Source: Pristiophorus japonicus
Lineage: Eukaryota
DNA length: 64,000 bases
Assembly (NCBI RefSeq): GCF_044704955.1
Contig: NC_091978.1
Location: 208,382,001 to 208,446,000 of the forward strand
Reading direction: 5' to 3'
Shown: positions 11,301 to 22,086 of the stretch, one piece after another
Position numbering within the stretch: the stretch's first letter is position 1
Layout: each line of letters opens with the position of its first letter
The notes under the pieces: model-generated
Seen by the model: only the letters and a program-made list of their open reading frames with translations
Told to the model about the DNA's origin: nothing
Database searches by the model: none
Program-made: the position numbers and the translations under genes

Positions 11301-14300
11301 CCCAGGCTATTCACCCCCTAAGAGATAATCAAATTACCCAATCAAGCACAATGGAAATCATGGTCAGGAAACTGGACAATCCTAAAACAATGCAAAACCA
11401 GTGATAGCACATTCTCACACCCTAATCGAGTTACTGCTGACAAAGGAGACATTTGAAAATCAATGGACAGAACAGTTTAAACAGAGCCCAAGAGATTTGA
11501 TGGGAGATAACAGAGCCTTTTTTTGGGATATATCTATCCCCCAGTTTTACAAGGAAAAACTAGCAGAACACAGACTGGAACTCGCACAGACTCGAACAGA
11601 ACACAGACTGGAACTCGCACTGATTCGAACAAGGACACAGACTGGAACACAGACACAGACACAAGCAGCCTGCTTCCTCTACAGTGAAGAAATGGAATAG
11701 TGAAGGAAACTACCAGAACTGATCAGGAACTGACCGAGCACAAGGCCCATGAAACGGAAGGTTGTCAGCAACCAAATTGACAACCACTCTACAATCAACT
11801 TCTGAATGACCCAACGGGGGAGAAATTACCAAAGGGACTAACTAAAACTATTCCTAACCAAAGAAAGTGGGTACTTACCCCATACATCCAAAACGCAACT
11901 TAGCGCATCAACGGACGCACCCCAACCGAAGACTACGCAGTCCGAAGTCCTCTCCTCTGTCCGGGGTACGGCTCGCCTAGAAGGCCAAGTGCAGTGAACC
12001 CCGAAACTGCAATTCACCGGCAACTGTCTAAAGGGATTGGTGAGCATAGCCCCTGAACCCTCAGAGCTATAACTTAGTTAGTCAGGGGAATTGGGAGGGG
12101 GGAGGCTGGGATAACTTGTGTAAATGTATCTGCATTCTCCTCTTTACCCCATTTAGAGTTTAAGCTGTATTCTTTTCCCCACAGGCTGTAATTTGACATT
12201 TTATTCAATGTGTTGTATCCCTCAGTGTGTATTGGTCTGTGTGTGTTATTAAAGGTGTGCCTTTTACTTCTTTTTAAACACAATAAAGCCATACCTGCTT
12301 CCTACCTTGAAACCGATTGTCTGTCCAAGTCTGTCACAGTCCCTTCATAATTCCAGTGTCTAGAACCAAGGGTGTGGGAGCGATTCGGAACCGCTCATAT
12401 AAGGTCAGAAGGGAAAGCTGACCCCTGCAAACCACCCCTTACAGCATCAATACCTGTTTGGATTAAAATTCGAATTGGAAACTGACCATAAGCCACTTAT
12501 ATCCCTGTTTTCCGAGAGTAAAGGGATAAATACAAATGCATTGGCCCGCATCCAGAGATGGGCGCTCACGTTGTCCGCATACAACTACGCCATCCGCCAC
12601 AGGCCAGGCACAGAAAACTGCGCCGATGCGCTCAGTAGGCTGCGATTGCCCACCATGGGGTGGAAATGGCGCAGCCCGCAGATCTAGCCATGGTTATGGA
12701 AGCATTTGAGAGTGAGCAATCACCCGTCACTGCCCAGCAGATCAAAATCTGGACAAGCCAGGACCCCTTATTATCTCTAATCAAAAGCTGTGTGCTTCAC
12801 GGGAGCTGGTCCAGTGTCCCAGTGGAAATGCAGGAAGAGATAAAGCCATTCCAGCGGCGCAAAGATGAAATGTCTATACAGGCAGACTGCCTTCTGTGGG
12901 GCAATCAAGTAGTGGTCCCCAAGAAGGGCAGAGACACCTTCATCAATGACCTCCACAGTACCCACCCAGGCATCGTAATGATTGAAAGCGATAGCCAGAT
13001 ACCACGTGTGATGGCCCGGTATCGATGCGGACAGAGTCCTGCGTTCACAGATGTAATACATGCTCGCAGTTAAGCAATGTACCCAGGGAGGCGCCGCTAA
13101 GTTTATGGTCTTGGCCCTCCAAACCGTGGTCTAGGGTACGCGTCGACACTGCAGGCCCGTTCTTGGGTAAAATGTTCCTTGCGGTTGTAGACGCGTACTC
13201 CAAGTGGATTGAATGTGAGATAATGTCGGCTAGCACGTCCACTGCTACTACTGAAAGCCTGAGGGCCATGTTTGCCACACACGGCTTACCCAATGTCCTG
13301 GCGAGTGACAACGGGCCATGTTTTACCAGTACTGAGTTCAAAGAATTCATGACCCATAACGGGATGAAACATGTCACATCTGCCCTGTTTAAACCAGTGT
13401 CCAATGGTCAGGCAGAGAGAGCAGTGCAAACCATCAAGCAAGGCTTGAAGAGGGTAACTGAAGGCTCACTGCAGACTCGCCTATTCCGAGTCCTGCTTAG
13501 CTACCGCATGAGACCCCACTCGCTCACTGGAATCCCACCTGCTGAACTGCTCATGAAAAGACAAGGCTCTCATTAGTTCACCCTGATCTACATGAACAGG
13601 TAGAAAGCAGGCAGCTTCAACAAAGTGCATACCATGATAGCGCAAATGCGTCATGTGAGATTGAAATCAATGATCCTGTATTTGAATTAAATTATGGACA
13701 AGGTCCCAAGTGGCTTCCCGGCACTGTCGTGACCAAAGAGGGGAGCAGGGGGTTTCGGGCCAAACTTTCAAATGGACTCATTCACCGGAAACACTTGGAC
13801 CAAATCAAACTCAGATTCACAGACTATCGTGAGCAACCCACCTTGATCCCTACCTTTTTTGATCCCTCAACATACACACCAGTGGCAACCGGCACCACAG
13901 TTGACCACGAAGCAGAACCCATCATCCGCAGCAGCCCTGCAGGGCCCAACACACCAGGCAACCCAGCAAGGCCAGCTGCACAGCAGCCCAGCGAGGGCCC
14001 AACAAATGATTCAACAACACCAGCTTTCACACCGAGACGATCGACTCACCTTGTAAATAGTTACACTATTGACTTTGGTGGGGGGGGGGGGGCAAGTGTT
14101 GTTATATGTTTGGACTTGTATTTACTCTGTACAGCCACCAGAGGGCTCATCCCCTGGAATCCCAAGGGATCCCATCATCCCTTAGGAGCACAGGTATTTA
14201 AGGAGGCCTTATAGGTTGGAGAGGCTCTCTGGAGACCTGCAATAAAAGACTCAGGCCACACTTTACTTTGAGCTCACAATGTTCAGTATGATTCTTTCTC

Positions 14301-14311
14301 CATACACAACA
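8317..14311 (+). mobile_element. Full-length decayed Gypsy (Mag-clade-like) LTR retrotransposon C; LTRs 8317-8528 and 14100-14311; TSD CACAC
   Basis: 212-bp TG..CA LTRs with ~20 mismatches. TSD at 8312-8316 and 14312-14316. PBS at 8531; G-rich PPT ~14076-14096. gag, PR, RT (VFQDDIL), RH and IN all present; interrupted at 10962-12443. Confidence 0.96.
10962..12443 (+). mobile_element. 1482-bp solo LTR (retrovirus-like or long-LTR retrotransposon) with 4-bp TSD GCAT
   Basis: TGTA...TACA ends, with GCAT at 10958-10961 and 12444-12447. It splits host RNase H KKMH|QYLFG exactly. TATAA at 12068, AATAAA at 12282, 33-bp tandem repeats at 11564-11647. Confidence 0.85.
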
Positions 14312-15127
14312 CACACTACCAGTGCCTGCTTGTTTAGTGCACATTACTACTATGGCTTCTCTAGGCTGGTGGCTGTTTTCGTGAGATGAAATCCTCTCAT
14401 CTCCATGCTTCTAGTCATTAAACCCTTGAGTAAAGTGGCTACTCGATCGTGCTGTGACATTGCAAGTAAAGCAGTATACTCTACCGTTTGAAGGTGAATA
14501 ACAGAGCTACGTTCACTCCACACGCTCCCCTGTCAGCGGGTACACACATGTGAAGAAGGACTTTGAGCAGCATCAGCGACCTCCTCCCTTGGCATGAATC
14601 ACACCTGAGTTTTGGACGTCTTAATCACAGTTTCGGCAGTCCTCACTACCTTCTGCAATCCAATGGCTTTGCATGTCTTCAGAGATATTGTCTCCCCACA
14701 GCCTAATGTCACTTGTAAGTTGCGGCTCTTTCAGCTCCGTATGCGCTGGTTGGTTTTCATTTTCTTTAACTTTTTGGGTTTGGAGCTCCAACTCGGCCAA
14801 CTCCGGGTCCGGTGCCACTAGTGGTTGTGTTGTTGGAGTTGACTGCACAGCGTCGTCTTGGCCTTCACCTTCGTGATTTTGAGTTTTTAATTGGAAAAAA
14901 TGATCTAGTTTAAGCAGTTTAGCTACTTCTCGTCTCTTTTGCGCCTCGCGTAGCTGGTGCTCCTTCCTTTTTGCGCCCCGATTTGTGTGTAGAATGCATC
15001 TCTAGAAAAAGGGCATCTCGAGTCTGTTTACATCAAGTCGAGAATAACATGTGCCTGAGCCCTCGTGGCTTCGCTCCGCTCTTGCTACGTCACTTATGTC
15101 AATGCTGTTTACCCTTACCCTTAATCC

Positions 15128-15170
15128 GACCCTGTATGGGCCCCGGGTGACTCCCCATCTGCCATCCCTG
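15128..15170 (-). repeat. Probable hAT left terminus
   Basis: The minus strand begins CAGGGATGGCAGATGGGG..CCCGGGGCCC about 170 bp upstream of the transposase ATG. The partner TIR was not found in the window. Confidence 0.45.
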
Positions 15171-16630
15171 GTTAGGACCGGGAACTATAAAACTGTTAAA
15201 GTGGCAGAGGGTGTCAGAAGAGTCGTGGATGTTGGTGGAAGAGACCAGACAAGGGAAGAAAGAAATCAAGTTGCGATAGGAAGAAATCAGTTCCATGGGG
15301 CAAGAACAGGCTGAAACTATCAGGGCAGTCCTTTTTGTGGATCATGGAAGGAGGTAGAAGCGGGCTGAGTGGGTTTGGGGGACTATGAGGTTGGAGGCCA
15401 AGGAGGGAAGTTCTCCAGAGGAGATGAGGTCAGTGACGGTCTGGGAAATGATGGTTTGATGTACAGTGGTCGAGTCGTGGTTCAGAGGGGATAGTAGGAG
15501 GTGTCAGAGTATCCAACTAAATATTGGGAAGACCGAAGCCATCGTTTCCGGTCCCCGCCACAAACTCCATTCCCTAGCCACCAACTCCATCCTTCTCCTT
15601 GGCAATTATTTGAGGCTGAACTAGACTGTTCGCAACCTTGGTGTCATATTTGCCCCCGCGATGAGCTTCCGACCACATGTCCAGGCCATCACTCAGACTA
15701 CCTATTTCTTCCTCTGTACCATCGGTCGTCTCCACCTCAGCTCATCTGTTGCTGAAACCCTCATCCATGACTTTATTACCTCTAGACTTGACTATTCCAA
15801 CACGCTCCTGGCCAGCCTCCCATCTTTCACCCTCCATAACCTTAAGGTCATCCAAAACTCTGCTACCCATATCCTAACTTGCACCAAGTCCCATTCACCT
15901 ATCACCCGTGCTCGCTGACCTACATTCACTCCTAGTTAAGCAACACCTCAATTTTAAAATTCTCATTCTTGTTTTCAAATCTCTCCATGGACTTGCCCCT
16001 CCCTATCTCTCTAACCACCTCCAGCCCTCTGGAATATTTGCACTCCTCCAGTTCAGGCCTCGTGTGTATTCCGATTTTAATCACTCCATCATTGGGGGCC
16101 GTGCCTTCAGCTGCCGAGGCCCTAAGCTCTGGAATTCCCTCCTATAACCTCTCCTTCCTCCTTTAAGACGTTCGTTAAAACCTACCTTTTTGACCAAGCT
16201 TTTTGTCATCTGTCCTAATATCTCCTTATGTGGCTCAGTGTCAAATTTTGTTTGATAACGCTCCTGTGAAATGCCTTGGGTCATTTTACTACATTAAAGG
16301 TGCTATATAGAAACAAGTTGATGTTGTTGGCATTCAGCCTCTGCAAGGTAATGGTCTGTTTGCCAAATAACAACACACCACCCTTGTCAGCAGGTTTAAT
16401 GAAATTGTTAGGGTTGAGAGAACAGAGTGCTGCAAGTTCAGAGGGAAGTAGGTTAGAGTGAGGGGAGTAGAGTAATTGAGATGGCTGATGTTACGCCGGC
16501 AGTTCCCAATTGAATTGGAACTGCGGCCAAGGACAGCTTTGGGATGGAGTGAGTCGGTACTGCTGAAGAGAGATGTCGAGAGCACGCATGTGGCGGCACA
16601 TGGCACTGACATGGCTCTCATGGAGATATC
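15171..16630 (-). mobile_element. Penelope-like element fragments (15171-15510 and ~16330-16630), split by an L2
   Basis: The minus strand encodes HQTIISQTVTDLISSGELPSLASNLIVPQTHSARFYLLP.IHKKDCP..SACSCPMELISSY (PLE RT N-terminal FYLLPKIHK motif) and MCRHMRALDISLQQYRLT. Confidence 0.7.
15511..16330 (+). mobile_element. L2 LINE 3' part
   Basis: LNIGKTEAI, LIHDFITSRLDYSN, LLVKQHLNFKILILVFKSLHGLAPPYLS, GGRAFS..GPKLWNSL; tail ends in (GTT)n. Confidence 0.88.
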
Positions 16631-17034
16631 AATTGGATAAGAGTAATGCATGAGTTAAAAGTAATAAGACCCCTTAAAAACAGATGCAGGTGATATTGTA
16701 ATTGAAAATCAGGAAGTGACAGACTTGAAGAAGAGGATTAAGTACCAGAGATACACTTAACCTAAATCAAGGATAGGAACTAGATATAATACAAGTTAAA
16801 AAATGGTAATGGAGAAAATAATGAGGCTAAAGATAAATAAATCTCCCGAACCTGATGGTTTCCACCTCGGGTATTAAAAGGTGAGTAAATTGTAAATGCT
16901 GTATTCATGATCTTCCAAAACACACTCAATTCAGGAATTGTCCCCATGGATTGGAAAATCCCCAATGTCACTCCATTATTTAAGAAATGTTGGAGAGGTA
17001 AACTAGGAAACTATAGGCCCATTAGTCTAACGTA

Positions 17035-17502
17035 TAACTCTTATAAAATGCCAATTAGGATGACACAAGTGTTATCAAAAGATAACAAATGAACAAGAGT
17101 GCCATTTTTTTTTTAAAGGGGCACAAACTCCAAATTATACCTAGAACAAAAGGAAACTTGTCAAATCAAATCAAAATGTGGTTCATGGTATTGACTATAC
17201 GCTGCAGTCCCTGGTCGGGGAAGGCCTCGTGTACATGAATACCAAGTGCTCCCTCTCCCTCTCCAGGGACTCCTGGGTGTGGACATAGTCACAAAAGAGA
17301 GGCAACAGTCAAGACGAACGACTCCATCGGTCGCACACTGCTTGGACCTGTGTCCAGGCCCAGGAGCAGTCCCACGAGAAGGTCCTCCGACTTGCCCGCC
17401 CCCCCCGCACTAGGTGGCCAAAGATTGGGAACGTGGGGCTGAAATGCAACCAGAAATAGAGGATCAGCCCTTTCAAATAGTGGGAGAGGGGCTGGATAAG
17501 TC
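17035..17502 (-). mobile_element. Tx1-like LINE 3' fragment
   Basis: IQPLSHYLKGLILYFWLHFSPTFPIFGH is homologous to QPLFQSLKGPLLNFWLHFS at 56623. Confidence 0.6.
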
Positions 17503-17827
17503 TAATGTCTACCATGAGAAAGTCACTTAAATCTGTTATTAGGGACAGAGTGACTGAGCACTTGGACAAATATTAACTGATCAGCGAGCCAGCATAGATT
17601 TGTAAACGGAAAGTCATGTCAAATGAACCAAATTGAATATTTCAGTAAATAAAGTGGTAGATAAGGGAGTATACGTAGATGTTATTTATATGGACTTCCA
17701 AAAGGCATGCAATAAGGTTCCACATACAAAACTATTAACCAAAATGAGAGCACATGGAATTGGAGATAACCTATTGACATGGGTAGGGAATTGGTTGGGA
17801 GTAGGGTTAATGGGTATATACTCAAAT

Positions 17828-18960
17828 AGAAACATAGAAAATAGGTGCAGGAGTAGGCCATTCGGCCCTTCTAGCCTGCACCGCCATTCAATGAGTTCAT
17901 GGCTGAACATGCAACTTCAGTACCGCCGTTCCTGCTTTCTCGCCATACCCCTTGATCCCCCTAGTAGTAAGGACTTCATCTAACTCCCTTTTGAATATAT
18001 TTAGTGAATTGGCCTCAACAACTTTCTGTGGTAGAGAATTCCACAGGTTCACCACTCTCTGGGTGAAGATCTTTCTTCTCATCTCGGTCCTAAATGGCTT
18101 ACCCCTTATCCTTAGACTGTGACCCCTGGTTCTGGACTTCCCCAACATTGGGAACATTCTCTGTGCATCTAACCTGTCCAATCCCAACAGAATTTTACAT
18201 GTTTCTATGAGATTCCCTCTCATTCTTCTAAATTCCATTGAACACAAGCCCAGTTGATCCAGTCTTTCTTGATAGGTCAGTCCCGCCATCCCGGGAATCA
18301 GTCTGGTGAACCTTCGCTGCACTCCCTCAATAGCAAGAATGTCCTTCCTCAGGTTAGGAGACCAAAACTGTACACAATACTCCAGGTGTGGCCTCACCAA
18401 GGCTATGTACAACTGTAGCAACACCTCCCTGCCCCTGTACTCAAATCCCCTCGCTATGAAGGCCAACATGCCATTTGCTTTCTTAACCGCCTGCTGTACC
18501 TGCATGCCAACCTTCAATGACTGATGTACCATGACACCCAGGTCTCGTTGCACCTCCCCTTTTCCTAATCTGTCACCATTCAGATAATAGTCTGTCTCTC
18601 TGTTTTTACCACCAAAGTGGATAACCTCACATTTATCCACATTATACTTCATCTGCCATGCATTTGCCCACTCACCTAACCTATCCAAGTCACTCTGCAG
18701 CCTCATAGCATCCTCCTCGCAGCTCACACTGCCACCCAACTTACTGTCATCCGCAAATTTGGAGATACTACATTTAATCCCCTCGTCTAAATCATTAATG
18801 TACAGTGTAAACAGCTGGGGTCCCAGCACAGAACCTTGTGGTACCCCACTAGTCACTGCCTGCCATTCTGAAAAGTACCCATTTACTCCTACTCTTTGCT
18901 TCCTGTCTGACAACCAGTTCTCAATCCACATCAGCACACTACCCCCAATCCCATGTGCTT
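17828..18960 (-). mobile_element. Young CR1 LINE, 5'-truncated, with an open RT C-terminal ORF (346 aa, 17897-18937)
   Basis: SGVPQGSVLGPQLF..FADDSKL..LVRPHLEYCVQFW is uninterrupted; CR1 3' UTR with TTCTAT-type tail. Confidence 0.93.
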
Positions 18961-19048
18961 TGTCACAATGTGACTAGTAATATCCCCCAGGAGCTGTATT
19001 GGGGCCTCAGCTTTTCACTATATTTATAAATTTCACTATATTTATAAA

Positions 19049-20967
19049 CACTCAAGAACACAGAGGCAGTCAGGGCCCGCTGGAAGGAGCACTTTGAAGA
19101 TCTCCTCAATCAAGAGTCTGCCTTTGACTCGAGTGTTCTCGACTCCATTCCACAGCATGTTATCCACCACCACCTCAGTAAAACCCCAACACTGCACGAG
19201 GTAGAAAAAGCCGTAAGACAGCTTAAGAACAACAAGGCTACGGGAGTGGATGGAATCCCTGCTGAGACACTGAAGTATGGTGGAGAGGCACTAAAGGCAT
19301 GGATACATGACCTCATCTCTCTCATCTGGAGGGAGGAGAGCATGCCTGGAGATCTCAGAGATGCAGTGATCATGACCATCTTTAAAAAAGGGGACAAGTC
19401 CGACTGCGGCAACGATAGAGGAATCTCCCTGTTATTGGCCATTGGGAAAGTTGTCGTTAGAGTCCTCCTCAACCGTCTTCTCCCTGTGGCCGAGGAGCTC
19501 CTCCCGGAGCCACAATGCGGATTTCACCCCTACGGGGCACAACAGATATGATTTTTTTCAGCGCAACAGCTGCAGGAACAATGCAGGGAACAGCGCCAGC
19601 CCTTATACATGGCCTTCTTCGACCTTACAAAGGCCTTTGACACTGTCAATCGCGAGGGTCTATGGAGCATCCTCCTCCGCTTCGGATGCCCCAAAAGTTC
19701 GTCAACATCCTCCGCTTGCTCCACGACGACATGCAGGTTGTGATCCTTACCAAGGGATCCATTACAGACCCAATCCATGTCCGGACTGGGGTCAAACAGG
19801 GCTGCGTCATCGCCCCCAATCCTCTTCTTGATCTTCCTCGCTGCCATACTCCACCTCACAGTCAACAAGCTTCCCGCTGGAGTGGACCTAAACTGCAGAA
19901 CCAGTGGGAGGCTGTTCAACCTTTGCTGTCTCCAGGACAGGTCCAAGACCACCCCAACCTCTGTCGTCGAGCTACAGTACTCGGATGATGCCTGCGTCTG
20001 CGCACATACAGAGGCTGAACTCCAGGACATAGTCGACCTATTTTCTGAGGCGTACGAAAGCATGGGCTTTACGCTAAACATCCGTAAGACAAAGGACCTC
20101 CACCAGCCAGTCCTCGCTGCACAGTACTGCCCCCCAGTCATCAAGATCCATGGTGCAGCCCTCAACAACGTGGACCATTTCCCATATCTCGGGAGTCTCC
20201 TATCAACAAGAGCAGACATTGATGACGAGATTCAACACCACCTCCAGTGCAGCCTTTGGCTGCCTGAGGAAAAGAGTGTCTGAAGACCAGGCCCTCAAAT
20301 CTACCACCAAGCTCATGGTCTATAGGGCTGTAGTAATACCCGCCCTCCTGTATGGCTCAGAGACATGGACCATGTACAGTAAACACCTCAAGTCACTGGA
20401 GAAATACTACCAAAGATATCTCCGCAAGATCCTACAAATCCGCTGGGAGGACAGACACACCAACATTAGCGTCGTCGACCAGGCCAACATCCCCAGCATT
20501 GAAGCACAGACCACACTTGATCAGCTCCACTGGGCAGGCCACATTGTCTGCATGCCAGACACAAGACTCCCAAAGCAAGCGCTATACTCGGAACTCCTTC
20601 ACGGCAAACGAGCCAAAGGTAGGCAGAGGAAACGTTACAGGGACACCCTCAAAGCCTCCCTGAAAAAGTGCAACGTCCCCACTGACACCTGAGAGCCCCT
20701 GGCCAAAGACCACCCTAAGTGGAGAAAGTGCATCCGGGAGGGCGCTGAGCACCTCGAGTCTCATCGCCAAGAGTATGCAGAAATCAAGCGCAGGCAGTGG
20801 AGAGCGTGCGGCAAATCTGTCCCACTCACCCTTACCCTCAACGACTATCTGTCCCACATGTGACAGGGACTGTGGTTCTCATACTCAACTGTTCAGCCAC
20901 CTAAGGACTCATTTTAAGAGTGGAAACAAGTCTTCCTCGATTCCAAGGGATTGCCTATGATGATGAT
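19049..20967 (+). mobile_element. RTE (BovB-like) LINE, 5'-truncated
   Basis: DGIPAETLKYGG, AFFDLTKAFDTVNR, TGVKQGCVIAP, LQYSDDA, LLYGSETWT, CPTCDRDC..SHLRTH; (ATG)n tail. Confidence 0.92.
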
Positions 20968-21271
20968 ACTCAAATTGGCACGTGACTAGTAATATCCCCC
21001 AGGAGCTGTACAGGGGCCTCAGGTTTTTACTATATTTATAAATGATTTAAGCCAAAGGAATACAGAGCCATATCTCCAAGTTTGCTAATGACACTAAGTT
21101 AGTGGCAAATAATGTAGATGGGAGCAGAAAGTTGCAAAAGGACATGAATAAATTTAGTGAGTGGGCAAAACTGTGGCAGATGGGAATTCAATGTGGGGAA
21201 GTGGGAAGTCATTCAATTTGGACCCAAGAAAGATAGATCAGAGTATTTTCTAAACGGTAAGAAGCTAGAAA

Positions 21272-22086
21272 CAACAACTTGTATTTATATAGCGCCTTTA
21301 ACGTAGTGAAATGTCCCAAGGCACTTCACAGGACTTTTATGAGATAAAACATAAAAACATAGAAACTAGGTACAGGAGTAGGCCATTCGGCCCTTCGAGC
21401 CTGCACCACCATTCAATATGATCATGGCTGATCATTCACCCTAGTACTCCTTCCCTGCTTTCTCTCCATATCCCTTGATCCCCTGGTTCTGGCCTTCCCC
21501 AACATTGGAGTGAGTGAGTGGGAGAGTGAGTGAGTGGGAGATTGAGTGAGTGGATGGATGGGTGAGTGAATGGGTGGGTGGGTGGGTGAGTGAATGAGTG
21601 AGAGTGAGTGAGTCACCTAAATTGGCTTCTGTTAAAAAGCAACGTTAAAAAAAATTTAACACCGAGCTGCATAAGTAGAAATTAGCGCAGGTGACCAAAA
21701 GCTTGGTCAAAGAGGTAGGTTTTAAGGAGCGTTTTGAAGCAGGAAAGAGAAATAAAGAAGCGGAAAGGTTTAGGCAGGGAGTTCCAGAGCTTGGGGCCTA
21801 GGCAACAGAAGGCACAGCCATCAATGGTTGAGCAATTATAATCAGAGATGCTCAAGAGGGCAGAATTAGAGAAGTGCAGTCATCTCGGGAGGGGGGGTTG
21901 TGGGGCTGGAGGAGATTACAGATAGGGAGGGGCGAGGCCATGGAGGGATTTGAAAATAAGGATGAGAATTTTGCCATCGAGGCGTTGCTTAACCGGGAGC
22001 CAAGTTAGGTGAGCGAGCACAGGGGTGATGGGTAAATGGGACTTGGTGAGAGTTAGGACACGGGCAGCCAAGTTTAGGATCACCTC
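21272..22086 (-). mobile_element. L2 3' fragment with TSD CTAGAAAC, containing a CR1 3' scrap (~21348-21507) and a (GAGT)n microsatellite
   Basis: (GTT)n tail reads ACAACAAC on the plus strand. The 3' end matches the L2 at 15511-16330. CTAGAAAC is present on both sides. Confidence 0.8.
21508..21614. repeat. (GAGT/GGGT)n compound microsatellite
   Basis: Directly visible tetranucleotide repeats. Confidence 0.95.

Larger units (their letters stand above)
1080..14999 (-). pseudogene. hAT-superfamily (ZMYM1-like/DUF4371) transposase pseudogene in three pieces (14999-14317, 8316-7039, 1603-1080)
   Basis: The N-terminus near 14999 is basic (SGAQKRK-like). It is followed by a TTF-zinc-finger-like region, ERQYWCKVLER..FLCE*GLSLRG, NGNYLG..YLSSTTCEELI, FIPCAAHSVNLVG and the dimerisation domain TFSNIEIALRIYLSMMVSNCSGERSFSKLKRIK. 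Stop codon at 1080-1082. Reading frames rejoin when the inserts are removed. Confidence 0.9.

Noticed and set aside
11564-11663. 33-bp repeats as a CRISPR array
   Set aside because: The repeats are head-to-tail with no spacers, there are no cas genes, and the context is eukaryotic.
15171-16330. 5'-inverted (twin-primed) L2
   Set aside because: The inverted part encodes Penelope RT motifs, so it is a separate element that the L2 interrupts.
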